Origin: Lentisphaeria bacterium
GTDB taxonomy: Bacteria; Verrucomicrobiota; Lentisphaeria; JABSQK01; JAWLHB01
Assembly: GCA_041690595.1 (NCBI GenBank)
Contig: JAWLHB010000046.1
Span: 1-64,000 of the forward strand
Length of the DNA stretch: 64,000 nt
Direction of reading: 5' to 3'
The notes beneath the pieces were generated by a model. That model ran no database searches. It was not told where the DNA came from and saw only the letters and a program-made list of their open reading frames with translations. Made by a program: the position numbers and the translations under genes. This document shows positions 9,061-19,362 of the stretch, in pieces (positions within the stretch are counted from its first letter, which is position 1; each line of letters begins with the position of its first letter).

Positions 9061-11229
9061 ATGCGAGGAGTCCCGTCGATGCCGGGTGCATCCAGCAATT
9101 CTCATGATCATCTTCTGACCACCGAACTGTTCCAGGACTTCGTCGAGGAAACGCTGGAGCAGCGCGATGACGTGGAACCACGCATCGTGGAAGCCATTCG
9201 CCTGCTCGAGCAGAGCGGCGAACTGGATGACGTGACGATCGACACGGCCTTCCGCTTCTTCCACACGCTCAAGGGCAATGCCAACTTTCTGGGCCTGTCG
9301 GTTTTTCAGCACCTCGCTCATCGCACGGAGGATTTCCTGGAGGAGCTGCGCCATCAGCGGATCCAGGCGGAAACCTCGCACCTGCAGTGGCTCTGCCGGG
9401 TCTTCGATCTGCTGGAAAGGGTGCTGGGGCAACTGCTGGCGACCGGCACGGATGCTGGCGCGCGCGATGAGGCGAATCAGCTTCTGGAGGAGATCGTCAC
9501 CCTGCTCGGCGGCGAGGCACCGCCCACGCTTCTTGTCCCCGAACCGGATGCGGAGAGCCGCGCCCGTCTCCAGCACGATCCCGATCTCATTCGCGAGTTT
9601 GTCGCTGAAGCCGACGAGCAGCTACAGGCTGCCGCGGACGCCATCATGGTTGCCGGCCAGGAACCCAATCAACGCCAGGAGGCTCTTGCCCGTGCCTTTC
9701 GCAACGTGCACAGCTTCAAGGGCAACAGCGGCTTCATGGGCTTGGCCAATCAGGTGGAACTCAGCTCGCGCATCGAAAGCATCATCTCTGCGCTGCAGCA
9801 CCGTGAGCTTCCCTTTCGCGACGACACCGATGGTTTGCTTCTTACCATCCTCGATGTCCTGCGCGACAGCATCGCCGGCCTCTCCAATGGCGGTGGCGGC
9901 ATCATCGACGACTTCGACTCCTACATCACCTATCTCGAGGATTACGCGGCCAACGTGGAATCCCCCCAACCAGCTTCAGATGCCGCGCCCGAGCTGCCAG
10001 CCGAGAATGCGACCCGGAGCGAACCAGGCCGTGGCCAGAGCATACTTCGCCAGGATATCCGCGTTCAGCTCGACAAGCTCGACACCCTGATCAATATGGT
10101 GGGCGAGCTGGTCATTGCCGAGTCCATGGTCACCCGCCATGCCGCGGTCAGCACCATCGAGGATGAGAGCTTCGAACGGGCTGTCCATCAGCTCCGGCGC
10201 GTCTCGGCGGACCTGCAGGATATGGCGTTGTCGGTGCGCATGGTTCCGCTCTCAACCACCTTCCGGAAGATGCTGCGCCTCGTCCACGACATCTCGCGAC
10301 GTATGGGCAAGCCGGTGCGTCTCGAGCTGGCTGGTGAAGATACGGAAGTGGACAAGACGGTTATCGAGCAGATTGCCGATCCCCTGGTCCATCTTATCCG
10401 CAATGCCGTCGATCACGGCATCGAGCCGGCAGAGGAGCGGAAGGCAGCCGGCAAGCCGGAGGTCGGCACTATCTTGCTGGAAGGACGTCATGAAGCCGGA
10501 GAAGTGTGGATCTATGTTCGCGATGACGGGCGCGGGCTGAACCGCAAGGCCATTCTCGCGCGTGCCATCGCCATGGGTCTCACCACCGCCCACGACGCCG
10601 CTTCCTGGAGCGACAGCCGGATCTACCGATTCATCTTCGAACCGGGTTTCTCGACCGCCGCCGCGCTCAGCGATATTTCCGGGCGCGGCGTGGGCATGGA
10701 TGTGGTGCGAACCAACGTCGAGCAACTGCAGGGTAGGGTGGATATCTTCAGCAAGCCCGGGCAGGGGACCGCGGTGCTCCTGCGGTTGCCGCTCACCCTC
10801 GCCATCATCGACGGCATGCTGGTCAGCATTGGTTCCAGCCGCTATACCATCCCCCTGCTCTCCATCCGCGAAACCTTTCAGCCGAAAGCCGAGCAGATCG
10901 TCGTGACCCCGGACGGGCAGGAGATGGTCGAGTGGCGCGAGCACCATCTGCCGGTGCTGCGACTTCACCAGCTCTTCAACAAGACCCCAGTTCATCAACA
11001 ACTGATCGACGGCATCGTCGTCGTCGTCGAGGATGCCGGGCAGCAGACCTGCCTCTTCGTAGACGAGCTTTGCGGCCAGCAATCCACCGTCGTGAAGGCA
11101 CTCTCGACCTTCCTGGAGCAGGCGCGCGCGGTCTCCGGCTGCACCATCCTCGGTGACGGGCGTGTCAGCCTTATTCTGGATATCCGCGGCATTCTCGACA
11201 TGACCCGCGACAAATGGATCCACACATGA
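9061..11229 (+). CDS. cheA: Chemotaxis histidine kinase CheA with two Hpt domains
   Basis: FRFFHTLKG and FRNVHSFKG Hpt motifs; IRVQLDKLDTLINMVGELVI; DPLVHLIRNAVDHGIE; DDGRG; GFSTA..SGRGVGMDVV; C-terminal CheW domain. Start codon uncertain. Confidence 0.95.
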   Translation: MRGVPSMPGASSNSHDHLLTTELFQDFVEETLEQRDDVEPRIVEAIRLLEQSGELDDVTIDTAFRFFHTLKGNANFLGLSVFQHLAHRTEDFLEELRHQRIQAETSHLQWLCRVFDLLERVLGQLLATGTDAGARDEANQLLEEIVTLLGGEAPPTLLVPEPDAESRARLQHDPDLIREFVAEADEQLQAAADAIMVAGQEPNQRQEALARAFRNVHSFKGNSGFMGLANQVELSSRIESIISALQHRELPFRDDTDGLLLTILDVLRDSIAGLSNGGGGIIDDFDSYITYLEDYAANVESPQPASDAAPELPAENATRSEPGRGQSILRQDIRVQLDKLDTLINMVGELVIAESMVTRHAAVSTIEDESFERAVHQLRRVSADLQDMALSVRMVPLSTTFRKMLRLVHDISRRMGKPVRLELAGEDTEVDKTVIEQIADPLVHLIRNAVDHGIEPAEERKAAGKPEVGTILLEGRHEAGEVWIYVRDDGRGLNRKAILARAIAMGLTTAHDAASWSDSRIYRFIFEPGFSTAAALSDISGRGVGMDVVRTNVEQLQGRVDIFSKPGQGTAVLLRLPLTLAIIDGMLVSIGSSRYTIPLLSIRETFQPKAEQIVVTPDGQEMVEWREHHLPVLRLHQLFNKTPVHQQLIDGIVVVVEDAGQQTCLFVDELCGQQSTVVKALSTFLEQARAVSGCTILGDGRVSLILDIRGILDMTRDKWIHT

Positions 11230-11252
11230 CCACCCTGCAAGGAGAACATGCC

Positions 11253-11693
11253 ATGCCAGCCACCTTCAACGATGTTCAGGCCCTGATGCGCGCGGCGCGG
11301 TGGGGCCACCTCGCCACCACCGATGGAACCACTGTCGGCGTACGTCCCATGGGCGCCTGGGCATGGTTTGACGGAGAACTCTGGTGCTCCTCCGCCGATC
11401 CGTCCGACAAGGTTGTGCAGCTGCGGGCGGTCGCCAATGCGGAGTATTCCTTCATTCGTGCGGATGCTGCCCACTTGCGCATCAATGGCGACATCCGCGT
11501 CAGCCAGGACCTCGCCGACAAGCGGCGCCTCTATGCCGCGGTTCCTTCACTTGCCGATCATGTACAGGGTCCGGACGATCCACACTTCGCGGTACTCCGC
11601 CTTCGCCCCCGCCGCATCCGCCTCATGCCTCGCCCGGATCTTCCTTACGAGGAGGTTCCGCTTCCGCCGCTCGACAGCTCGTCGAAGGGTTGA
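11253..11693 (+). CDS. Pyridoxamine 5'-phosphate oxidase-like FMN-binding protein
   Basis: GHLATTDG..VRPM..LWCSS..SDKVVQL split-barrel pattern; RBS AAGGAG. Confidence 0.8.
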   Translation: MPATFNDVQALMRAARWGHLATTDGTTVGVRPMGAWAWFDGELWCSSADPSDKVVQLRAVANAEYSFIRADAAHLRINGDIRVSQDLADKRRLYAAVPSLADHVQGPDDPHFAVLRLRPRRIRLMPRPDLPYEEVPLPPLDSSSKG

Positions 11694-12574
11694 CGCAGGA
11701 GGGCCTGGCGGATTCGCCAGGCGATGATGACGAAGGCGGCATGGCCACGCGATTTCTCGATGGCCGCCCGCTCCAGCAACTGCCCGTTGATCAGTTCGAG
11801 ATAGACGGGACCGCGGCCGAAATCGATATGCCCCTTGAAGCGCAGGATATGCGGTCGCACCTTCTCTATGGCAGCCATGAAGGCCTCCCGGTCGAGGGGA
11901 CCCCGCAGGTTGAAAGACTCGGAGAAGATCGGATCCGGTGGCTCCCGCAAAGGCTCGGCGCGGCGGCGGCGGTGATGGAGCGAACCAATGAAGCCGGGCG
12001 GGATCTCGCCCCGGATCACCTCGACCCGTGAGGCTTCGGGATTCATGCCCGCCAGGACCTCGTGCAGGGTGGTCAGATCGTGCGCGCCTGCCAGGTCGAG
12101 CTTGTTGATCACCAGGGCATCCGCCCATTCCACCTGCGCGCGCGCTGCCTTGAGCATCGGCGCCACCTTGAGAAAGTGCAGGGCGTCGACCAGGCAGATC
12201 GTCGCGGCTATCTCAAAACGCTCACGCAGGTGCGGCGCCTCGACAAAATCCTCCAGATCGCGTGGCTCCGCGATACCGGTCGCCTCCACGATCAGCAGCT
12301 CCGGGCGCTCCTCGTCAGCGATCTTCTTCAAGATCCGCAGGAAGTCCGTCTTGATGCAGATACAGAAGAGGCTACCCTTGTTCAGCTCGTACTTGGCATG
12401 TGCGCCGCTTTTTACCAATTCACCATCCACACCCAGCGTGCCGAACTCATTGATGATGAGGGCCAAGCGCCGCGAGCGTATCTCCGGCAACTGCAGCAGG
12501 TGGTTGAGCAGCGTCGTCTTGCCGGCGCCCAGGTAGCCGGTCAGCAGCAGAATCGGAATGGGTGCGCCGCTCAA
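11645..12574 (-). CDS. CobW/COG0523 family GTPase metallochaperone
   Basis: TGYLGAGKTT, INEFG, GSLFCICI, EATGIAEP, INKLD, RFKG. TTG start overlaps the kinase stop codon. Confidence 0.9.
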   Translation of the reverse strand: MSGAPIPILLLTGYLGAGKTTLLNHLLQLPEIRSRRLALIINEFGTLGVDGELVKSGAHAKYELNKGSLFCICIKTDFLRILKKIADEERPELLIVEATGIAEPRDLEDFVEAPHLRERFEIAATICLVDALHFLKVAPMLKAARAQVEWADALVINKLDLAGAHDLTTLHEVLAGMNPEASRVEVIRGEIPPGFIGSLHHRRRRAEPLREPPDPIFSESFNLRGPLDREAFMAAIEKVRPHILRFKGHIDFGRGPVYLELINGQLLERAAIEKSRGHAAFVIIAWRIRQALLRQPFDELSSGGSGTSS

Positions 12575-13971
12575 GGCCAGCCCGGCTTCGGTGAAGGTGC
12601 CGCGGAGGACGCCTTCAGCGGTAGCGAGAAGGAGAATACGGAACCGGTGCCAAGCTCGCTCTCGACCCAGATCCGACCCTCGTGCGCTTCCACGATGCGC
12701 TTTACGATCGCCAGCCCCAGCCCCGTGCTCGACTCCCCGCCGGTCGGTTGCGCGCTGGTGCGACCAAACTCGCGGAAGATATTGGGCAGCTCTTCCTGGC
12801 GGATTCCCTGCCCTTCGTCCGCCACGCTCACCACCACCTCGTCTCCCTCCACCCTGGCGGAGACCGTAATCCGCGTGCCGGAGTACGAATACTTGACCGC
12901 ATTGGCGATGAGGTTGTCGAAGACCTGCTTGAGCCTGGCAGGATCCAGCGCCACCTCGGGCAGTTCCGCCGGCAATGTCATGACCAGATCGATCGCCTTG
13001 GCGCGAGCCATGTAGCGACTGGTCATACAGCATTCGCGGATGAAGCTGTCCATCGGCCGCGGCTGCCGCTTGAGGACCAACTGCCCCGACTCGATGGCAT
13101 TGACGTCGAGCAGCTCGTTGACCAGCATCAGCATATTGGTGCAGCTGCGCTCCATGACCCGCACCATCTCCTGCTGCGACTCCGTCACCTCGCCCAGATC
13201 GCCGCGGCTGAAGAGCGTGAGCAGGCCATGCAGCGTCCCCAGCGGATTGCGCAGGTCATGCGCCGCCATCCCCAGGAACTTGTTCTTCAGCGCATTCAAG
13301 TCCACCAGTTGCTGATAGAGCAGGCTCTTCTCGATGGTTACGGCCAGTTGCCGCGCAATCAACTCGAAATCACGCACATGCGCCTGATCGTACACCCCTG
13401 TTTGCAGACTCGAGAAGAAGACGAAGCCCAGGGGCCGGTTGGGCGATATCAGCGGGCACGTCAGGCTGGCGTGGATACCTTCCTTCAGCATGAGTTGAGT
13501 CGACTCCGATTCGGGACGCGCCAGCGCATGCGCCTGCAGATCGTTGATGATGCGCGGCTTGCCGGAGGAGAGGATGCCCTCGAGGCTGGAGCCTTCCAGG
13601 GAGCGGTCGTGTCCCTCCTTGAGGAGCACGGGCGTGTAATTGGCTCGGGCATAGTGCGCCCGCACGATTCGCCCGGTGTCGTCAAGCAGGGCCACGCCGA
13701 TGCGATCGTACGGAATGAGGGCCCGAAACGACTCGTAGATATAGTCGAGCACCTCATCCAGCAGGAGACCCGCATTGACCTTCTCGGCTACCAGCGCCAG
13801 CTGTTCGAAATCGTGCAGCCGCCGTTCCATCGCCTCCCCCAGCTCCTTGAGGGCAGCGCCGAGCTGCGCAATATCGTCATGCGCAGGACCAAGCGGAAAG
13901 TCCACCTGGAAATCGCCATTCTTCATGGCGAGGGCCGCGGTGCGATAGGCGAGTATTCGTCGATCCGTCAC
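12571..13971 (-). CDS. GAF-domain sensor histidine kinase (HAMP-like/GAF/HisKA/HATPase)
   Basis: AAHDLRNPL H-box, NLIANAVKYS, DEGQGI, GLGLAIVKRIVEAHEG; GAF segment YDRIGVALL. Confidence 0.95.
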   Translation of the reverse strand: MTDRRILAYRTAALAMKNGDFQVDFPLGPAHDDIAQLGAALKELGEAMERRLHDFEQLALVAEKVNAGLLLDEVLDYIYESFRALIPYDRIGVALLDDTGRIVRAHYARANYTPVLLKEGHDRSLEGSSLEGILSSGKPRIINDLQAHALARPESESTQLMLKEGIHASLTCPLISPNRPLGFVFFSSLQTGVYDQAHVRDFELIARQLAVTIEKSLLYQQLVDLNALKNKFLGMAAHDLRNPLGTLHGLLTLFSRGDLGEVTESQQEMVRVMERSCTNMLMLVNELLDVNAIESGQLVLKRQPRPMDSFIRECCMTSRYMARAKAIDLVMTLPAELPEVALDPARLKQVFDNLIANAVKYSYSGTRITVSARVEGDEVVVSVADEGQGIRQEELPNIFREFGRTSAQPTGGESSTGLGLAIVKRIVEAHEGRIWVESELGTGSVFSFSLPLKASSAAPSPKPGWP

Positions 13972-13992
13972 ATCAGGCTCCGGATGGATGGA

Positions 13993-15093
13993 TCAGCGCA
14001 CGACGCGCGCGCCGCCGCCAGCCATCAGTTTTTCCACTTCCTTCATCGTCGCCATGGTTGTATCGCCTGGAGTAGTCATCGCCAATGCCCCGTGAGCAGC
14101 GCCACATTCGACGGCGTACTGGGGATCGCCTTTGGTCATCATGCCGTAGATGAGACCGCTCGCAAAGGAATCGCCGCCGCCGACGCGGTCGAGGATCTCC
14201 AGCCGGGGTCTATGCGTGGCTTCGAAGAAGTTGCCATCGGCCCAGCAGATTGCGCCCCAGTCATTGATCGTCGCGCTGATCACTCCGCGCAGCGTCGTCC
14301 CCGTCAACTTGAAATTCGGATAGTCGGCGACCACACGTGTGATCATCGCCTTGAACTTGCCGACGTCCAGATCTGTCAGATTCTCGTCGACCCCCTCGAC
14401 TTCATAACCCAGGCAAGCCGTGAAATCCTCTTCATTGCCGATCATCACGTCGACGTACCTGGCAATCTCGCGGTTGACCTCCTGGGCCTTCTCCTTGCCG
14501 CCGATCCCCTTCCACAGCGAAGAGCGATAGTTGAGGTCGTAGGAGACGATGGTTCCGTACTTCTTGGCCGCGGTGACGGCCTCGATGACCACCTCCGGTG
14601 TGGTCTCTGACAGAGCGGCATAGATGCCACCGGTATGGAACCAGCGAGCCCCGTTCTTGCCGAAGATAAGATCCCAATCGATCTCGCCGGGCTTGATGGA
14701 AGCCGCCGCGGTGCGGCCACGGTCCACACAGCCCACGGCGCCACGGACGCCGAAGCCCCGTTCCACGAAGTTCAAACCGTTGCGAATGCCGCGGCCAAGG
14801 CCATCATACGGCACCCAGCGTATATAGTCCGTCGAGACGCCGCCCTGCATGATGAAGTCTTCCACCAGATGGCCGATCTCGTTGTCCGCGAACGCCGTGA
14901 CCACCGCCGTCTTGAGGCCGAAGCACTTCCGTAATCCTCGCGCCACATTGTACTCGCCGCCGCCTTCCCAGGCACGGAAGAAGCGCGCCGTGCGCACGCG
15001 TCCCTCTCCCGGATCGAGGCGCAGCATGATTTCGCCAAGTGAGATCTGATCGTACATACATTCCGCGGCGGGTCGAAGATCCAGAATTGCCAT
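13993..15093 (-). CDS. kdgK: PfkB sugar kinase, 2-dehydro-3-deoxygluconokinase-like
   Basis: SLGEIMLRL, GGGEYNVA, YDLNYR, GNEEDF, DRVGGGDSF. Confidence 0.85.
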   Translation of the reverse strand: MAILDLRPAAECMYDQISLGEIMLRLDPGEGRVRTARFFRAWEGGGEYNVARGLRKCFGLKTAVVTAFADNEIGHLVEDFIMQGGVSTDYIRWVPYDGLGRGIRNGLNFVERGFGVRGAVGCVDRGRTAAASIKPGEIDWDLIFGKNGARWFHTGGIYAALSETTPEVVIEAVTAAKKYGTIVSYDLNYRSSLWKGIGGKEKAQEVNREIARYVDVMIGNEEDFTACLGYEVEGVDENLTDLDVGKFKAMITRVVADYPNFKLTGTTLRGVISATINDWGAICWADGNFFEATHRPRLEILDRVGGGDSFASGLIYGMMTKGDPQYAVECGAAHGALAMTTPGDTTMATMKEVEKLMAGGGARVVR

Positions 15094-15267
15094 AACTCTC
15101 CCTCACTATCTTGACGTGATCGTACACTTCCCCGTCAGCCAGCACAGCGGCCGTCATCGAGAATCTTCAACATAGGCGGACTCCATCGAAAGTCAACCGC
15201 GATCAGCGGCCGCTTCTTGTAATCCATCCCGCCCGGATTATCGTGCTGGAGTGCCATGAGCGCACCT

Positions 15268-15353
15268 GCCCGGGTGGTGGAATGGCAGACACAACAGACT
15301 TAAAATCTGTTGACCTTTGGGTCGTGTGGGTTCGAGTCCCACCCCGGGTACCA
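15268..15353 (+). tRNA. tRNA-Leu (anticodon TAA)
   Basis: Acceptor GCCCGGG/CCCGGGT-A-CCA, D arm GGTGGAATGGCAGACAC, anticodon arm ACAGA-CTTAAAA-TCTGT, long variable arm, GGTTCGAGTCC. Confidence 0.97.
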
Positions 15354-15570
15354 CTTTTTAGCCTCAAACGTGCCGTCCGATCTCATACGCCGCAACTTGA
15401 ACTCCGCGCGAACCATTCAATCAAGTTCGCTGGAGCACATCGCGGCGGAAGTCATTCCGCATTTGGCAGCACTTGTCTGGCAGAGGCGCTCGTGCTTCAT
15501 GTCAAGGTATGATCTCCAAGGCTGGGGACCGAGCCGATGACCTGCCACGATTGCGCCCGGACTCATCAGA

Positions 15571-16296
15571 TTAGCCTACACCAGATTCGGCAAGTCCCCC
15601 GGAACTGAGAGCCACCCAGATATGTATCAGCGAGATTCGATCGGTGATGCCATCCGTACGCCGGTGAAGTGATCGTAGCCTGCTGATCCCCTCAGCCGAA
15701 GTGGTCTCATCATCCAGCGGCGTGTCATCCTGCCATTCAGTCCGCGTGGAGCGCAGTTCGCTCAACCAACCATTTAGCGTCATGCGCCATTGCGATGCCG
15801 ATTGTGCCTGAAGGTATCCGACCATCGCCGCGATCTTCAGGTTGCTGCCATGCTTACCAGTCTTAAACCGCTCGACACCACCACGATGTTTGTCATCATG
15901 GCCTATCAGGTACTCACGTTCACGATTGAGCGTTGGCGCAGGCAACCGCTTGGCCTCCATTGAAAAGAAAGACTCGTGAGTTCCGTAGGTGACGGCATCG
16001 ATCTCGACTGGTTCCCGCGAAATAGTGCCCACGTCCGCCCTCGGACTTGATCCCGACGGACGCTCCAAGTACTCGGGGAGGAAGAAGAAGGGGTAGCCGT
16101 CCGCAGCCAGATTCAACGCTATGGAGAACTTCTGGTTCAGAACTGCCTCGGGCGCACCGGACGCATTCTCCATCGTTCGTGGCAAGGATGCCAAGACAGA
16201 TTCCACCAACGTCAACACAGACGAAATTCGGCCTTCTTCGGAAATGCCGCGGGTGAGTCTCCCTACGGAAATGGATCGTCCCTTGATGATCTCCAC
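15571..16296 (-). CDS. Putative PD-(D/E)xK restriction-endonuclease-like protein
   Basis: RADV...FFSMEAKRL motif, GGVERFKTGKH, AAMVGYLQ; starts 5 bp after the MTase stop. Confidence 0.6.
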   Translation of the reverse strand: MEIIKGRSISVGRLTRGISEEGRISSVLTLVESVLASLPRTMENASGAPEAVLNQKFSIALNLAADGYPFFFLPEYLERPSGSSPRADVGTISREPVEIDAVTYGTHESFFSMEAKRLPAPTLNREREYLIGHDDKHRGGVERFKTGKHGSNLKIAAMVGYLQAQSASQWRMTLNGWLSELRSTRTEWQDDTPLDDETTSAEGISRLRSLHRRTDGITDRISLIHIWVALSSGGLAESGVG

Positions 16297-16301
16297 TGGC
16301 G

Positions 16302-19208
16302 TCAGTACCCCTGTTGGATCAGGTCTTCAAAGGTTTCGTCGGCATCGCGAATGGCCGCTGACCGCAGCCAGTAACGCAACTGACGCGGCTTCACAAGAAG
16401 AACTGCATTGCCTTGATAGCACTTGAGGATACGGACGATGCGAAAAGCAGGACTGTGCTCGTGAGCCAGCAGGGCATCAAGCTGAAGGTCAAGGTCGGTC
16501 TCGCCGTCCAGGTCGATATCGGGGGCGTCGGAACCGAACCAGAATGGATAGAACACATGGCGATCTGTGCTCAGTGGCTCGCCAGCGTTCAGCCCCCGAT
16601 AGGTCGTTCCGAGAATCTGGACGAACAACCTTCCAAACTCACGAAGGTGCTCGTCAGTGGGCGGTTTGGCGGCGGCTGAGTCCTCTCCTTCTCGTCGGAA
16701 CTCCAGAATGGGGCCCATTACATCATCAATGAGAATGTCCTCAAGGGGAGTCATGTCAGGCTGAGTCAGGTCATCACTGACAGGAATCAGCAGAAGATCA
16801 GCCTTCCGGAGTGAGGAAGACTTGTTGACCGCCAGCCGTGGACTCAGCGCCAACGCTGAAAAGGCGGACAATCGCCCACCAACGAGTTCAGCCAACCGAA
16901 CCAGAGTCTCCCCATGGCGGGGAGGCGCATGGATACCCATAATCTCATTACGGAAGACGAGATACGTATCGAAGAGCGCCACGGGTATGCGCGAATTGCT
17001 ACCGATGCGTTCTTTGACAAGCAGGTGCGGCTCCCTGTAGATCGCCGGATCACCCGTGGAATGGAAACTCTGGACACTCAGAACCGTGATGCTTGCTTCG
17101 TCGACTCCATTCTCCGTAAAACCTTCGGTAGGAAGGTAGTCGTGTCCAGTCAGGAAATCGGCCGTCTTGCCTCCACCTGCCACCACGAACCCCTCGTTGG
17201 CTTTCCAGGCGGCTCGTTCTGGGCTAGCCAGGAAGTCCCCAAGGTTTGCACACTTTCCCAGCCGCTGAAGCAATCGAATCACTCGCCCCCCACCCAATAA
17301 GTTGGCCTTCCAAACATACGCGTTCTCTTCCGCCTCCCGTCGTTTCAGGTAATGGAAATCATAGTGGTCGACCTCGAAGAAGAGCTTCTCCTTGGCCGCG
17401 CGGGTTCTCCGCACGGTCAAATGCAGCAAGGGGGCATCCGTTGGCTTCCTGTTCTCGATGAATGCTGCCGCAAAGGCGACATCGCCGCCCGGACCGAAGA
17501 CAACTCGACACGTGTGCGTAAAATCGATGATCTGAGGTATATGCCATGTGTTCAGCAGGTAGGAGCGGAACTCGGCCGCAGTCGGGTTGTAGAGCAACGG
17601 ACCGGCAGGCTGAAGCAGGCAGGTTGTCGCGTTCGGCTGGGTGAGTTTGACGGCCTGCTCCAGGAAGAGCAATGCCAGTTGCCCCTGAGGTACTGGTGCT
17701 CGAGCTGCGACTTCCTCCTTTTCGATCAGCGCGGCCTCTTCAGTCAACTCCTCCTTGAACGGAGGATTGCCGACAATCAGGTCGAAGCGCTTCTCTTCGG
17801 TCGCCCAGCGACGGTCACGAATCACACTGAAGAAATCGGCGTGAATGATGTTGCAGTCGCGCAGGCGATCAAAGTGCAGTTCTTCCCAGATCTCTCGGGG
17901 TTCCAGGTGGTCACAGAGCGCTAAGGCCAAGCTAAAGATGGTGACATTCACCGCATCTGGGTCGCTGTCGACGCCATAAATGCTGGTGCCGAGTATATCC
18001 TTCAACGTCTGCAGACTAGGTCGCTGCCAGCCATGCACTCGTCGCCAGCGCAGAACGAGGCGCCGAAACACGCCAACCAGAAAAACGCCCGATCCGCACG
18101 CTGGGTCGAGTACCCTGATCTTATGGCTGCCCTCCCCAATGGGAAGGGTCAGATCCAGCAGGAAGCTGACCAGATACGCCGGCGTATAGACTGCGCCTTT
18201 GGCGCGCCTCTGCGTGGTGTCCGCCTTCGTCACGAACTCCTCGTAGATACTGCTGACCAGTTCGACGGGCAGATAGCGGAAGTCGTAGCGTCGCCACAGA
18301 TGTAACTGCTGGCCCTCCGAGTCGCCGCGGAGGAAGTCCGCGATGGGCTGGAAGTTGGCGGTCTCAATGGCAGTCCGCTCGCGATCCGTCAGGCGGAAGA
18401 CGTCACCATTGAGCTTGTTTGGGGCGGCCAGTGTGTCTAACAGGCGCAGTAGACCCGCACCACTGGCCATCACGTCCGTCAGTTCTTTGGCGCCGTTGAC
18501 GAACCCTGCGAAGAAGCCGGGTGGGAAGACTCCTCTACCCTCGCTGTCGCGGCGCTCCTCGAGGTACTTGAGCAGCACGAAGATCAGGAGCAACTTGCGG
18601 GCGATATCATCGGGCAGAAGTTGCCTGCGGCGGATCTTCCTGAGGACATCCCCCAGTTCGCGGATCAGGCATTCATAGGCCGACTTGCTGGCATGTACCT
18701 TCGCGCCATGCGGAGAGAGATCCCAGAATGTTCCATCATCCAGGCTGCGAGCCGAGAATGCTTTGAGGCCGGATAGATCCTGAGCAGCCTTTGCCGCAAG
18801 TTTGACTGCTGCTAGTGGCTTCACGGATTTGGGCGCGGGCTCTTGGAAGCAGTTCAGCACGATGACTTCAGAAGGCAGAAAGACGAAGGCGAGAGGAACG
18901 TAGCTGGCGTTCCATAATCGCCGCTGCAGTTCCTGCAGGTCGCATCCCAGCGTAGCGATCCAAGTCTTGCGACTTGCGGTCAAATCAGAGGAGAAATCAT
19001 AGACATAGGCCTGAGGGATTGGGGGCCGCTGCTCGAAGTGCCGCAGGTACACGTAATGCGCCCCCATTTCTTCGGCCCGCTCGGCTGCAACCGCCTCATC
19101 AGTTGTAAGCGACTCGTTGTCGATCCAGCCCTCAACGCTAACCAGTCCCGGTTCCGGCCCTGTACTGGACCACATGTCGAGTTGCTGCAAGATGGCTCGT
19201 CCCTTCAC
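16302..19208 (-). CDS. N-6 adenine DNA methyltransferase (gamma class, large restriction-modification protein)
   Basis: GAVYTP, motif I VLDPACGSGVFL, motif IV IVGNPPF. GTG start at 19208 with RBS AAAGGAG. Confidence 0.9.
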   Translation of the reverse strand: MKGRAILQQLDMWSSTGPEPGLVSVEGWIDNESLTTDEAVAAERAEEMGAHYVYLRHFEQRPPIPQAYVYDFSSDLTASRKTWIATLGCDLQELQRRLWNASYVPLAFVFLPSEVIVLNCFQEPAPKSVKPLAAVKLAAKAAQDLSGLKAFSARSLDDGTFWDLSPHGAKVHASKSAYECLIRELGDVLRKIRRRQLLPDDIARKLLLIFVLLKYLEERRDSEGRGVFPPGFFAGFVNGAKELTDVMASGAGLLRLLDTLAAPNKLNGDVFRLTDRERTAIETANFQPIADFLRGDSEGQQLHLWRRYDFRYLPVELVSSIYEEFVTKADTTQRRAKGAVYTPAYLVSFLLDLTLPIGEGSHKIRVLDPACGSGVFLVGVFRRLVLRWRRVHGWQRPSLQTLKDILGTSIYGVDSDPDAVNVTIFSLALALCDHLEPREIWEELHFDRLRDCNIIHADFFSVIRDRRWATEEKRFDLIVGNPPFKEELTEEAALIEKEEVAARAPVPQGQLALLFLEQAVKLTQPNATTCLLQPAGPLLYNPTAAEFRSYLLNTWHIPQIIDFTHTCRVVFGPGGDVAFAAAFIENRKPTDAPLLHLTVRRTRAAKEKLFFEVDHYDFHYLKRREAEENAYVWKANLLGGGRVIRLLQRLGKCANLGDFLASPERAAWKANEGFVVAGGGKTADFLTGHDYLPTEGFTENGVDEASITVLSVQSFHSTGDPAIYREPHLLVKERIGSNSRIPVALFDTYLVFRNEIMGIHAPPRHGETLVRLAELVGGRLSAFSALALSPRLAVNKSSSLRKADLLLIPVSDDLTQPDMTPLEDILIDDVMGPILEFRREGEDSAAAKPPTDEHLREFGRLFVQILGTTYRGLNAGEPLSTDRHVFYPFWFGSDAPDIDLDGETDLDLQLDALLAHEHSPAFRIVRILKCYQGNAVLLVKPRQLRYWLRSAAIRDADETFEDLIQQGY

Positions 19209-19362
19209 GATGCGGTCTCCTTTAAGCTGAATATGCCTCCCGTACGTACCATCTTCAACGGCTATCAGGAGATAGATGCGCATCAAGCATTACTTATCTT
19301 ACTACGCACGTGGCTGTCACGTCCACCATGTGTACCTGACTCTGCCCCTGCCTCCACCCTCT

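Noticed and set aside
11645..13033. 462-aa CobW with N-terminal extension
   Set aside because: The extension overlaps the histidine kinase in another frame; TTG at 12574 fits the family start.
15354..19360. Prophage or integrative element at tRNA-Leu
   Set aside because: No integrase, phage genes or duplicated tRNA 3' end found by eye.
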